DNA from: Candidatus Moraniibacteriota bacterium
GTDB lineage: Bacteria; Patescibacteriota; Minisyncoccia; Moranbacterales; UBA1568
Direction: 5' to 3'
Length of the DNA: 64,000 nucleotides
Assembly (NCBI GenBank): GCA_049287005.1
Contig: JBAQEZ010000002.1
Span: forward strand, 19,268 to 83,267
The notes under the pieces were generated by a model. That model searched no databases, was not told where the DNA came from, and was given only the letters and a program-made list of their open reading frames with translations. Position 1 is the stretch's first letter. The number at the start of each line of letters is the position of its first letter. A program made the position numbers and the translations under genes. Shown piece after piece: positions 9,524 through 19,759 of this stretch.

Positions 9524-9706
9524 AGGTGAATGATCAAAAGTAACGCTTCTATTATAGCATAGTACAGATTATGCCAAGCGTGTTGACGCACACGGTTTTT
9601 CTTGCGAGAATAAGGGGTGTTACGCGTTACTTTATTCGGAAATCGCCAGCCTCAGGCTGGGTCCGCCTCGGTCGGAGATTTCGGTTATCGGTTATTTACT
9701 CGTAGT

Positions 9707-10756
9707 ATGGCTCTCAAAGTCGGCATCGTCGGATTGCCCAACGTCGGAAAATCGACTCTTTTCAAGGCGCTCACGCGGAAAGCGGTAGACATCAACAATT
9801 ATCCGTTCTGTACTATTGAACCCAATGTCGGCATCGTCGAGGTACCCGATGAACGCCTGGCGAAACTGGCGATACTTTCCGGAACCAAGAAAATCATCCC
9901 GGCAGTGATCGAATTCGTTGATATCGCCGGTTTGGTGAAGGGGGCAAGCGTTGGGGAGGGGCTGGGCAATAAATTTCTCGCCAATATCCGCGAGGTGGAC
10001 GCTATCGTGGAAGTGGTGCGCATTTTCGAGAACCCGGATATCATTCATGTCCACAATCGCGTGGAGCCGGCAGAGGATATCGAGATTATCAACACGGAAC
10101 TTGTTTTGGCCGATATGGAAACGGTTGCCAAGCGTAAACTGAAAACCATCAAAGAGGCGCGTGCCGGGAAGAAAGAAGCTTTGGCCGAAATGGCGGTGCT
10201 CGACGGGATCGAGACAGAGCTGCACGCCGGACGTCTGGCCTACGATGCCGTGCAAAAGCTTTCCGCTGAAGAAAAAAGGATCGCGCGAGAATTGCAGCTC
10301 CTCACCGCCAAGCCGTTTTTGTATGTATACAATGTGTCCGATATCGACCGCGCCCTGAGTCCGGAACTGGAAAGCCGGCCGCACGTGAAACTGGATGTCA
10401 AAATTGAGGAAGAGTTGCTAGAAATGTCAGTCGCAGAAATACAGGAGATGGAGTTGGAGTCTCATATCGGAGATTTGGCGAAAAAGGCCTACGCGCTCCT
10501 GGGACTCATGACATATTTCACGACCGGGGTAGAGGAGACGCGCGCCTGGACCATTCCCCAAGGCTCGACCGCACCGCAAGCGGGTGCTGCCATTCATGGT
10601 GATTTTGAAGAAAAGTTCATCCGAGCCGAAATTATCCATTGGATCAAGTTGCTGGAGGCTGGCTCGTGGAGCGCCGCGCGTGAGAGCGGTTCGCTCCGTC
10701 TCGAAGGCAAAGACTATATCGTACAAGACGGAGATGTCATCGTGTTCAAGATCTAG
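9707..10756 (+). CDS. ychF: ribosome-binding ATPase YchF (Obg-like GTPase family)
   Basis: [15 protein letters not shown]-loop, TGS-like C-terminal domain. Start trimmed to ATG 9707 (MALKVGIVG…); the track ORF begins at an upstream GTG. Confidence 0.85.
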   Translation: MALKVGIVGLPNVGKSTLFKALTRKAVDINNYPFCTIEPNVGIVEVPDERLAKLAILSGTKKIIPAVIEFVDIAGLVKGASVGEGLGNKFLANIREVDAIVEVVRIFENPDIIHVHNRVEPAEDIEIINTELVLADMETVAKRKLKTIKEARAGKKEALAEMAVLDGIETELHAGRLAYDAVQKLSAEEKRIARELQLLTAKPFLYVYNVSDIDRALSPELESRPHVKLDVKIEEELLEMSVAEIQEMELESHIGDLAKKAYALLGLMTYFTTGVEETRAWTIPQGSTAPQAGAAIHGDFEEKFIRAEIIHWIKLLEAGSWSAARESGSLRLEGKDYIVQDGDVIVFKI

Positions 10757-10770
10757 CGTTGCGAGCGGGG

Positions 10771-10799
10771 TTGACACTCGTTTTTTGGCAATCTATAAT
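10771..10799 (+). promoter_or_regulatory. perfect sigma70 consensus promoter TTGACA-17 bp-TATAAT upstream of groEL
   Basis: Exact hexamers and spacer read from the sequence, about 115 nt upstream of the groEL ATG. Confidence 0.55.
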
Positions 10800-10802
10800 A
10801 GA

Positions 10803-10811
10803 GAGTGCTAA
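10803..10811 (+). promoter_or_regulatory. CIRCE-like half-site GAGTGCTAA just downstream of the -10; the left arm is degenerate (TTGACACTC overlaps the -35) and the spacing is non-canonical (23 instead of 9)
   Basis: Matches the right arm of the HrcA operator consensus TTAGCACTC-N9-GAGTGCTAA. A partner CACTC lies upstream. Confidence 0.3.
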
Positions 10812-10908
10812 TAGGGGGAATAGTTAAATGGTTAAATGGTGAAATTGTTCGATAGTTTCATTGTTATGTATTCTGTAACAATGGAACAATAAAACAATGG
10901 AGCAATAA

Positions 10909-12564
<1,656 letters not shown>

Positions 12565-12602
12565 AGGTAAGGAGAAAGAACGCGGCAAGAGGGATCGGCA
12601 AA

Positions 12603-12626
12603 AAGAGGCGCATGCGCCTCTTTTTG
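12603..12626 (+). terminator. rho-independent terminator after groEL (AGAGGCG-catg-CGCCTCT + TTTTT)
   Basis: Hairpin followed by a T-tract. Confidence 0.55.
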
Positions 12627-12646
12627 TGTTATAATAAAAAAGAGAA

Positions 12647-14416
12647 GTGAAATACATACAAAAAATTATGCGTATCGAACTCGATCAGTTGAAAAGTTTT
12701 TTACTCGATTCCAATATTGTTCCCAAGGAAACCATCGAGCAAGTAGCAGCGGAAGCCAAGCAGAATAACAAGAATCTCGGTACGCTGCTCTTGGAAAAAA
12801 AATTGATTGAAGAGGCAGAACTTCAGAAGGTGTACGCTTATATTCTGGGTATTCCCTTTGTGGATCTTTCCAAGGAGACTATAGCTATCGAGGTTTTGCA
12901 AATCGTACCTGAACTGATCGCCAAAAAATATAACATCGTTTCTTTCGAGAAAAGCGGTGCCAATCTGAAGGTGGCGATGCTCAATCCTGAAGACCTGCAG
13001 ACGATTGATTTCATCAAGAAAAAAACCGGATTGAAAATAGTGCCGTGCCTGACTACGCGTGAGAGCATCCAGGTCGTGCTTCGCCAGTACGAGAAGAGCC
13101 TCAAGGCGGAATTCGGCGATATCCTGACTGGCGATATCAAGCCGGACGGCGAGAGTAACGATGATGAGGATTTGGAACAAGTGGCTGCCGGACTGCCGAT
13201 TATCCGTATCGTGGATACGCTGCTCAAACACGCTATTCTCGAATCGGCGAGTGATATCCATATTGAACCGGATGAGAAAGAGGTACATGTCCGGTATCGT
13301 ATCGACGGTGTGCTCCATGATGCCATGACCCTGCCCAAGGATGTGGCGGCTGGTCTCGTGGCGCGCATCAAGGTGCTTTCCAATCTGAAGCTTGATGAAC
13401 ATCGTCTGCCGCAGGACGGGCGCTTCAAAATCCAAAATGACGAATACAAGATTTCTTTCCGTGTCAGTATGCTGCCGGTTTTTGACGGGGAGAAAATCGT
13501 CATGCGTCTTTTGGATGAGACCTCCAAAGGGTTGACGCTGGAAAAGATGGGGCTGGGCGGATCGGCGTTGGAAGCGGTGCATCGCGAAATCAACAAACCG
13601 AACGGGATGATTCTCGTCACCGGCCCGACCGGATCCGGCAAGACCACCACCCTCTATACGGTGATGGATATCCTGAATACGCCGGAAGTCAATATCAGCA
13701 CCGTCGAGGATCCGGTCGAATATCGTATGCCGCGCGTGAATCAGACCCAGATCAACCCGAAGGTGGGCATGACGTTCGCTGCCGCCCTGCGGTCGCTCTT
13801 GCGCCAGGATCCGGATATCATCATGGTGGGTGAAATTCGTGATCAGGAAACGCTGGAGATCGCTATGCACGCGGCTATGACGGGGCATCTCGTGCTCTCG
13901 ACGCTGCATACCAACAACGCGGCCGCGACGCTGCCCCGTATGATCGATATGGGTGCGGAACCGTTTCTGATCGCCTCCACGGTCAATGTTATTATCGCGC
14001 AGCGCCTCATCCGTCGTTTGTGTGTCGAATGTCGAAAATCCTACACACTGGATAAAAAAGAGATCGAATCGCTTGCCAAATCGTATGATATCGAAAGTAT
14101 CTTCCAATTTCTCAAAAATGACCCAGTGGGTAAAAAATTCGTTGAAAAAGCGACCAGCTGGGACAATGTGACACTCTACAAGCCGACAGGCTGTGATCAG
14201 TGTGGCGGGGAAGGGTATCGTGGCCGTAATGGCATTTATGAAGTCCTTCCGATGGATACGAATATCCGCAAGCTGATTACGCAGTCAGCAACCACGGAAG
14301 AGCTGGAAAACGAAGCCAAGAAAAACGGTATGGCCACCATGGTAGAAGACGGCTTTCTTAAAATAGTGCAGGGGATTACTTCGCTGGAAGAAGTGATGCG
14401 CGCAACTAAAGAATAA
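12647..14416 (+). CDS. type II secretion / type IV pilus assembly ATPase (GspE/PilB family) with N-terminal GSPII_E_N domain
   Basis: Walker A GPTGSGKTTT, Asp box, His box, and the tetracysteine CVEC…CDQC zinc motif. Track start is GTG 12647; an in-frame ATG (MRIELDQ…) lies about 21 nt downstream. Confidence 0.85.
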   Translation: MKYIQKIMRIELDQLKSFLLDSNIVPKETIEQVAAEAKQNNKNLGTLLLEKKLIEEAELQKVYAYILGIPFVDLSKETIAIEVLQIVPELIAKKYNIVSFEKSGANLKVAMLNPEDLQTIDFIKKKTGLKIVPCLTTRESIQVVLRQYEKSLKAEFGDILTGDIKPDGESNDDEDLEQVAAGLPIIRIVDTLLKHAILESASDIHIEPDEKEVHVRYRIDGVLHDAMTLPKDVAAGLVARIKVLSNLKLDEHRLPQDGRFKIQNDEYKISFRVSMLPVFDGEKIVMRLLDETSKGLTLEKMGLGGSALEAVHREINKPNGMILVTGPTGSGKTTTLYTVMDILNTPEVNISTVEDPVEYRMPRVNQTQINPKVGMTFAAALRSLLRQDPDIIMVGEIRDQETLEIAMHAAMTGHLVLSTLHTNNAAATLPRMIDMGAEPFLIASTVNVIIAQRLIRRLCVECRKSYTLDKKEIESLAKSYDIESIFQFLKNDPVGKKFVEKATSWDNVTLYKPTGCDQCGGEGYRGRNGIYEVLPMDTNIRKLITQSATTEELENEAKKNGMATMVEDGFLKIVQGITSLEEVMRATKE

Positions 14417-14423
14417 TTGCGAA

Positions 14424-14450
14424 AAACGGGGATCAAACCCCGTTTCTTTT
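14424..14450. terminator. bidirectional rho-independent terminator between convergent gspE-like and rel genes (AAACGGGG-atcaaa-CCCCGTTT, T-rich on both strands)
   Basis: Symmetric hairpin with U-tracts in both orientations. Confidence 0.55.
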
Positions 14451-14471
14451 CATGAGAGGCGACAACAGCAC

Positions 14472-15995
14472 CTATTCTTTCATCCTGAATTCGCTGTTGC
14501 GCAATTCTCGCCGGATGTTGGATTTGGCGGTAGAGGTTTTGACGAAGTTGAGCCAGTCGCGGCTGGGCTTCTTTTTTTCTTTGACCGTCAGGATTTCGAT
14601 AACTTGCCCATTTTCTATATGGTAGTCGATGGGGACCATTCTTCGATCAGCCTTGGCGCCCACGGCTCGATTGCCGATTTCACTGTGGATAGCATAGGCG
14701 AAATCAATCGGCGTCGCTCCTTCCGGAAGCTCAATAATGTCGCCTTTCGGCGTAAAGGCGAAAATATGATTTTTGAAAAATTCTATGCGGAGTCCCTCAA
14801 TGAATTCCTTGTCATCGCGGCCGATTTCCTTTTGCCATTCTTTGAGCTGTTTCACCCAGGTCAATTCTCTGGGCAGGCTCGTGGGTCCGACGTTCTTGCG
14901 GAAGAAGAGATTGCGCCAACTCGGGCGCACTTTTTCCGTGTACATCCAGTGAGCCGCGATACCGTATTCGGATTCGTCATGCATTTTTTGGGTGCGGATC
15001 TGGATTTCGAGGATCCGACCATCCGGACCGAAGACGGTCGTATGGAGCGATTGGTAGCCGTTGGGTTTCGGTAAGGAAATGTAGTCTTTGATGCGACCGA
15101 CCATCGGGCGGTATTCGCGGTGAATGATACCGAGTGCCTCGTAGCAGTCGGCGATCGTGGGGACGACGATGCGGATAGCGATGAAATCATAGATTTGGGT
15201 GACGTCCATGTCGTGTCGCTTGAGTTTCTGGTAGAGCCGGTACAGATGTTTGGTGCGGCCGCTCATATCCAGTATTTGGATCTTTTCTTTTTCTAGGACG
15301 GTACTGAAAAGCTTGATGACCCGATTCATATATGCCGTTCCTTCGTGCAGATAGGTTTCCTCGATCCTTCTGGTTTCCGCGTAGTGTTCGGGTTCCAAGT
15401 ATTTGAAGCACAAGTCTTCGAGTTCGCCTTTGATTTCACCGATGCCGAGGCGATTGGCGATAGGGGCGTAGACTTCCATTGTTTCTCTGGCGATGCGTTC
15501 CTGTTTTTCGGGAGGAAGATGCTGGAGGGTGCGCATATTGTGCAGCCGGTCGGCAAGCTTGATAATCACGACACGGATGTCCTGTGCCATGGCGAGGAAC
15601 ATCTTGCGGAGATTTTCGAGATAATATTCTTCTCTCGTACCGCGTAGTTTTATTTTTCCGAGTTTGGTGATGCCGTCGATGAGATACGTGACTTCGGAGC
15701 CGAACTTTTTCTCTATTGCCGCGAGAGTGACCTCAGTATCTTCGGGCACGTCATGCAGGATGGAGGCGACGATCGTTTTCGTGTCCATGCCGATTTCGGC
15801 GAGCGTCTTGGCCACATGCAGGCAGTGTAGGATATAATCTTGGCCGGATTTTCGTTTTTGTCCCCGGTGTGCATTGTCCGCAAAGCGATATGCTTCCATG
15901 ATGAGCTTCTGATCATCGCTCGAGAGAGGACGAACCGTGGCCTGCAGGACATCGTTGATAATAATGGGGGCGGGCATATTTTTTTGGAGAAACAT
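14472..15995 (-). CDS. bifunctional (p)ppGpp synthetase/hydrolase, short form (HD hydrolase + synthetase + TGS; about 507 aa, lacking the long C-terminal regulatory region)
   Basis: HD domain (…ASILHDVPEDT…), RelA/SpoT synthetase motifs and a TGS-like segment. Confidence 0.85.
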   Translation of the reverse strand: MFLQKNMPAPIIINDVLQATVRPLSSDDQKLIMEAYRFADNAHRGQKRKSGQDYILHCLHVAKTLAEIGMDTKTIVASILHDVPEDTEVTLAAIEKKFGSEVTYLIDGITKLGKIKLRGTREEYYLENLRKMFLAMAQDIRVVIIKLADRLHNMRTLQHLPPEKQERIARETMEVYAPIANRLGIGEIKGELEDLCFKYLEPEHYAETRRIEETYLHEGTAYMNRVIKLFSTVLEKEKIQILDMSGRTKHLYRLYQKLKRHDMDVTQIYDFIAIRIVVPTIADCYEALGIIHREYRPMVGRIKDYISLPKPNGYQSLHTTVFGPDGRILEIQIRTQKMHDESEYGIAAHWMYTEKVRPSWRNLFFRKNVGPTSLPRELTWVKQLKEWQKEIGRDDKEFIEGLRIEFFKNHIFAFTPKGDIIELPEGATPIDFAYAIHSEIGNRAVGAKADRRMVPIDYHIENGQVIEILTVKEKKKPSRDWLNFVKTSTAKSNIRRELRNSEFRMKE

Positions 15996-16057
15996 ATGAG
16001 ATACGAGCGTACCTATACAGTATATACAGTATTAAGCTAAATCCAAAGGAGGTGTTG

Positions 16058-16087
16058 TTGACAAACGCAACTGAGTTGCGTTAGTAT
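16058..16087 (+). promoter_or_regulatory. promoter TTGACA-17-TTAGTAT with a perfect palindrome AACGCAAC-TGA-GTTGCGTT (16064..16082) filling the spacer; candidate Zur/Fur autoregulatory operator
   Basis: The inverted repeat lies exactly between the -35 and -10 of the promoter of the Fur-family gene. Confidence 0.45.
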
Positions 16088-16093
16088 GGAAAC

Positions 16094-16528
16094 ATGCAAT
16101 ACACAGAAGAAATCCTGACAGTGCTGAAAGCGCATCACTTGCGTCTCACGAAGACGCGCAAGGCTTTGCTGCAGGTTTTTTTTCGGTATGAGACGCCGCT
16201 TTCGGCACAGGATATTTTACATGAGTTACCCAAGACGTACAGAGTGGTGAACAAGACAACCGTGTACCGAGAACTGGAGCGGTTACAAAAAATAGGCATT
16301 ATTAGCGTAGTACAGCTGGGAGACAGACGACAGTATTATGAACTGGCTTCACGCGAACATCACCACCATCTCGTCTGTTTGCGTTGCGAGCAAGTGGAAG
16401 ATGTCGATATGGATGAAGCAAAGCTGTTGGCAGAGGAAAAAAAAGTGAGTCGCGAGAAAAACTTCGCTGTTTTGCGGCATTCGTTGGAATTTTTCGGGTT
16501 CTGCGAACACTGTCAGTCGCTGGGATGA
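16094..16528 (+). CDS. zur: Fur-family metalloregulator, probably Zur (first gene of the znu operon)
   Basis: Winged-helix N-terminus, HHHH…C..C…C..C metal sites, followed after a 4-bp gap by znuA. Confidence 0.7.
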   Translation: MQYTEEILTVLKAHHLRLTKTRKALLQVFFRYETPLSAQDILHELPKTYRVVNKTTVYRELERLQKIGIISVVQLGDRRQYYELASREHHHHLVCLRCEQVEDVDMDEAKLLAEEKKVSREKNFAVLRHSLEFFGFCEHCQSLG

Positions 16529-16531
16529 ATT

Positions 16532-17476
16532 ATGAATCATGAACAGGTAAAAAAAAGAGTATATTGCATGGTGCTGGCCATCATTATTGGTGGGGGGGTT
16601 TTTATTTGGATACGCAATCAAACGCCGAGCACTGTTTTTCAGGGAGGGGAAAAGAAGCTTTCCGTGACGACCAGTTTTTATCCGCTCTATTTTTTTGCGA
16701 CACAAATAGCTGGTGAGAGAGCGGATATCGTGAATGTCACGCCGGCCGGGGTTGAGCCGCACGATTATGAACCGACATCGCGAGACAGAGCGCGTATCGA
16801 GGAGAGTCAATTGCTCATTTTGAACGGCGGAGGTTTGGAAGCATGGGGAGAGAATATTAGGAAAAATATCGATCCGCAGCGCACGCATATCGTTGTCGCC
16901 GGAGAGGGATTGATTACCGACCAGAGGGTGGAAGACGGGAAAACGGTTGTCGATCCGCATGTGTGGCTGAGTCCGATACTCGCTGCACAGATGGTGGAGA
17001 AAATTACCCAAGGCTTTGCGCAAGTTGACCCGGCCAATAGTCGTTTGTATCGATCCAATGCCGATCTCCTCCAATCGAAACTGAGCGCTCTGGATGGTGC
17101 TTATAGGCAAGGACTCGCTCGCTGCGTGCAAAAAAATATCATTACTTCGCATGCGGCCTTCGGATACTTGGCGCAAACCTATGGATTGCGGCTGCTGTCC
17201 ATCGCAGGACTATCGCCCGATGCTGAACCATCGACCCAAGAGTTGGGCAATATCGCAGTGTTCGCGCGGGCCCACGATGTCCATGTCATATTTTTTGAAA
17301 GTCTCGCCAGTCCCAAATTGGCGGAGACGATTGCCACGGAAATCGGCGCCACGACGCTCGTATTGAATCCTCTGGAAGGTCTCAGTGAGAGCGAAATAGC
17401 CGCTGGAGAAAATTATCTGTCGGTCATGGAAGACAATCTCATTCATTTAGAAACAGCACTGCAATGCGATCAGTAG
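16532..17476 (+). CDS. znuA: metal (Zn/Mn) ABC transporter substrate-binding protein, TroA/ZnuA family
   Basis: TroA-like fold signature with N-terminal membrane anchor/signal. Sits in the operon with the ATPase and permease. Confidence 0.7.
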   Translation: MNHEQVKKRVYCMVLAIIIGGGVFIWIRNQTPSTVFQGGEKKLSVTTSFYPLYFFATQIAGERADIVNVTPAGVEPHDYEPTSRDRARIEESQLLILNGGGLEAWGENIRKNIDPQRTHIVVAGEGLITDQRVEDGKTVVDPHVWLSPILAAQMVEKITQGFAQVDPANSRLYRSNADLLQSKLSALDGAYRQGLARCVQKNIITSHAAFGYLAQTYGLRLLSIAGLSPDAEPSTQELGNIAVFARAHDVHVIFFESLASPKLAETIATEIGATTLVLNPLEGLSESEIAAGENYLSVMEDNLIHLETALQCDQ

Positions 17477-18201
17477 ATCACACTAAAAATATCATTGAGG
17501 CACAAGGCATCTCTTTCTCCTATGATGGGAAGGCGGATGTTTTGCACGGTATCACGTTGGCTATTCACCAAGGGGATTACGTGGGCCTGATCGGTCCCAA
17601 TGGAGCTGGGAAAACCACGCTGCTCAAGATCATGGTAGGTCTGCTCGTGCCGACCCGGGGAGAAGTCAGATTATTCGGACAGAAAATCAGCGATTTCAAA
17701 GCTTGGCACAAAGTCGGATATGTACCGCAAAAAGCGACGCATTTCGATGCGGGCTTCCCAGCGACTGTCGAGGAGGTGGTGCTGATGGGAAGATACGCCA
17801 GACGAGGTCTCTTTGCCAGGACTACCCAGGAAGACAGGAGGTTGGTCAAGGAGGCTTTGCAGCACGTCGATATGTGGGCATACAAAAAACGGCTTATCGG
17901 AGATCTTTCGGGAGGGCAGCAGCAGCGTGTTTTTATCGCTCGCGCTATCGTGAGCTTGCCTGAAGTTATTTTTTTGGACGAGCCGACGACCGGTATTGAT
18001 AAGCAGGCTCAGGATGATTTTTACACGCTCCTGAGGAAGCTCAACTCTGAACTCGGATTGACTTTGGTGCTCATAACGCATGATATAGAACGAGTGACGC
18101 GTGAAGCGATGCACATAGCCTGGATCGACCGGACGTTAGAGAGTTATTCTTCGCCTGAAGAGTATTTGAGAATGAGGAAAAGAGAACAGACATTACTATG
18201 A
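17464..18201 (+). CDS. znuC: metal ABC transporter ATP-binding protein
   Basis: Walker A GPNGAGKTT, LSGGQQQR signature, Walker B. Confidence 0.8.
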   Translation: MRSVDHTKNIIEAQGISFSYDGKADVLHGITLAIHQGDYVGLIGPNGAGKTTLLKIMVGLLVPTRGEVRLFGQKISDFKAWHKVGYVPQKATHFDAGFPATVEEVVLMGRYARRGLFARTTQEDRRLVKEALQHVDMWAYKKRLIGDLSGGQQQRVFIARAIVSLPEVIFLDEPTTGIDKQAQDDFYTLLRKLNSELGLTLVLITHDIERVTREAMHIAWIDRTLESYSSPEEYLRMRKREQTLL

Positions 18202-19019
18202 TGCCAGATATTTTTCAGTACAGTTTCATCATACGCGGCATGGAGGCCGGCATGATCGTGGCATTCATCGCGCCACTGATCGGGATTTTCCTGGTGCTGC
18301 GGCGATATTCGCTGATTGCGGATACTCTTTCGCACGTCTCTCTCGCGGGTATCGCTATCGGTCTCTTCCTGGGCATCAACCCGGTTCTCACGGCTTTGGT
18401 GACGACCGTTCTCGCTTCACTGGGTATCGAGCGGTTGAGAGATTCGAAAAGGGTCTATGGCGAGTCGGCATTGGCACTTTTTCTATCGGGGAGTCTGGCA
18501 CTCGCTATCGTATTGCTCAGCTTGGCGCATGGGTTCAATACCAATCTGTTCAATTATCTCTTCGGGAGCATTGTCACCGTTACGAGGCAGGACGTATATA
18601 CGATCGCTGTTCTCGCTGTTATTGTCGTGATTCTGCTCCTGGCATTCTATAAAGAGCTGGTGTATGTGACATTCGATGAGGAAGCGGCGCAAGTCAGCGG
18701 CATCCCGACGCGTCTCATCAATATTATCCTGATTGTTTTGGCAGCGCTGACGGTTTCTCTAGCGATCCCTATCGTCGGAGTGCTCCTTATCGCGGCACTT
18801 ATTGTGATTCCTGTCGTGACAGCGCTCCAGTTGCGGAAAAGTTTCATGCAGACGATTCTGTATGCCGAAGCGGTTTCATTTTTTTCTGTTCTGTCCGGTA
18901 TCATGGTTTCTTTCTATCTCAATCTCTCCACCGGCGGGACGATCGTGCTCATCATGCTCGCCATTTTTGTCTCGGTGTTGGCCGGCAAGTCTCAGCGCGC
19001 GTCCAAATGGTTTGCGTGA
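18198..19019 (+). CDS. znuB: metal ABC transporter permease (ABC-3 family)
   Basis: Eight-TM hydrophobic profile typical of ZnuB/MntB. Start overlaps the znuC stop. Confidence 0.8.
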   Translation: MMPDIFQYSFIIRGMEAGMIVAFIAPLIGIFLVLRRYSLIADTLSHVSLAGIAIGLFLGINPVLTALVTTVLASLGIERLRDSKRVYGESALALFLSGSLALAIVLLSLAHGFNTNLFNYLFGSIVTVTRQDVYTIAVLAVIVVILLLAFYKELVYVTFDEEAAQVSGIPTRLINIILIVLAALTVSLAIPIVGVLLIAALIVIPVVTALQLRKSFMQTILYAEAVSFFSVLSGIMVSFYLNLSTGGTIVLIMLAIFVSVLAGKSQRASKWFA

Positions 19020-19087
19020 ACGGATGGTTTTCTTTTGTTTTCATGCATAAAAAATGATATACTGAGAAAAATGATTATCTCTCCCAT

Positions 19088-19588
19088 ATGAATCTCAAAG
19101 GGTCGTCTCTCGTGTTTTCTTTGGTGGTGCTGTCCGTACTTCTGATCAGCGCCCTTTCCGTGGCGACTGTTGCGGTGACGACGAGTCGGTCTTCTCTCTC
19201 GTCGAAAAGTTCCAACATTTCTTTTCAGGTAGCCGATAGTGCCGTGGAAATAATGTTGCGAGAGATTTATCAAGTCAATGACAAACACATAACGCTGCCT
19301 GACCCCCCGACTGGTTCGCTGGCGGAACCGAGCGATCTGGCCAGCAGCATCAAGGACAGTACGCAGGATTCGACCGTGAGGTGCGCCTCGGGGCAGATTA
19401 CTGGGAAGGTCGGCGTGGGTGATTATACGGCCGTCCTGTATGAGAGTGATACGAATACCCCTCCCAACTTTACGCCGCTTGCCTGTGATGATGCTGATTG
19501 GCGCACCAAAGTCATCAAAATAAAATTTCAAGGCGTCTATCAAGGAGCGTCACGCGCCGTAGAAGTCGGTATCAAGCCATTGTTGTAG
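19088..19588 (+). CDS. PilX-N-like / minor-pilin-like exported protein (tentative)
   Basis: N-terminus MNLKGSSLVFSLVVLSVLLISALSVATVA resembles the PilX_N hydrophobic segment. It lacks the +5 Glu of true prepilins. Confidence 0.3.
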   Translation: MNLKGSSLVFSLVVLSVLLISALSVATVAVTTSRSSLSSKSSNISFQVADSAVEIMLREIYQVNDKHITLPDPPTGSLAEPSDLASSIKDSTQDSTVRCASGQITGKVGVGDYTAVLYESDTNTPPNFTPLACDDADWRTKVIKIKFQGVYQGASRAVEVGIKPLL

Positions 19589-19643
19589 ACTGCTCAAGAA
19601 AAAAAGAGCACGAGCATTTTTTGGGTGACAATATTCTTTCATA

Positions 19644-19669
19644 AAAACAGGGGTTCGCCCCCTGTTTTT
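19644..19669. terminator. bidirectional terminator between the pilin-like gene and convergent topA (AAAACAGGGG-ttcgc-CCCCTGTTTT)
   Basis: 10-bp stem flanked by A/T runs on both sides. Confidence 0.5.
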
Positions 19670-19759
19670 ATGTCTGTTCTAACCCGTTTCCTCTTGTTTG
19701 TGCGGTTTGTAGTCGGAATTTTCCTTCGCTCTTCTGAGCTACGGATGAGCAGGAGCTCT

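Noticed and set aside
12701-14107. 468-aa minus-strand ORF
   Set aside because: Antisense to the GspE/PilB ATPase, whose Walker and zinc motifs are unambiguous. No motifs of its own.
16349-17176. 275-aa minus-strand ORF
   Set aside because: Antisense to znuA and zur; shadow ORF.
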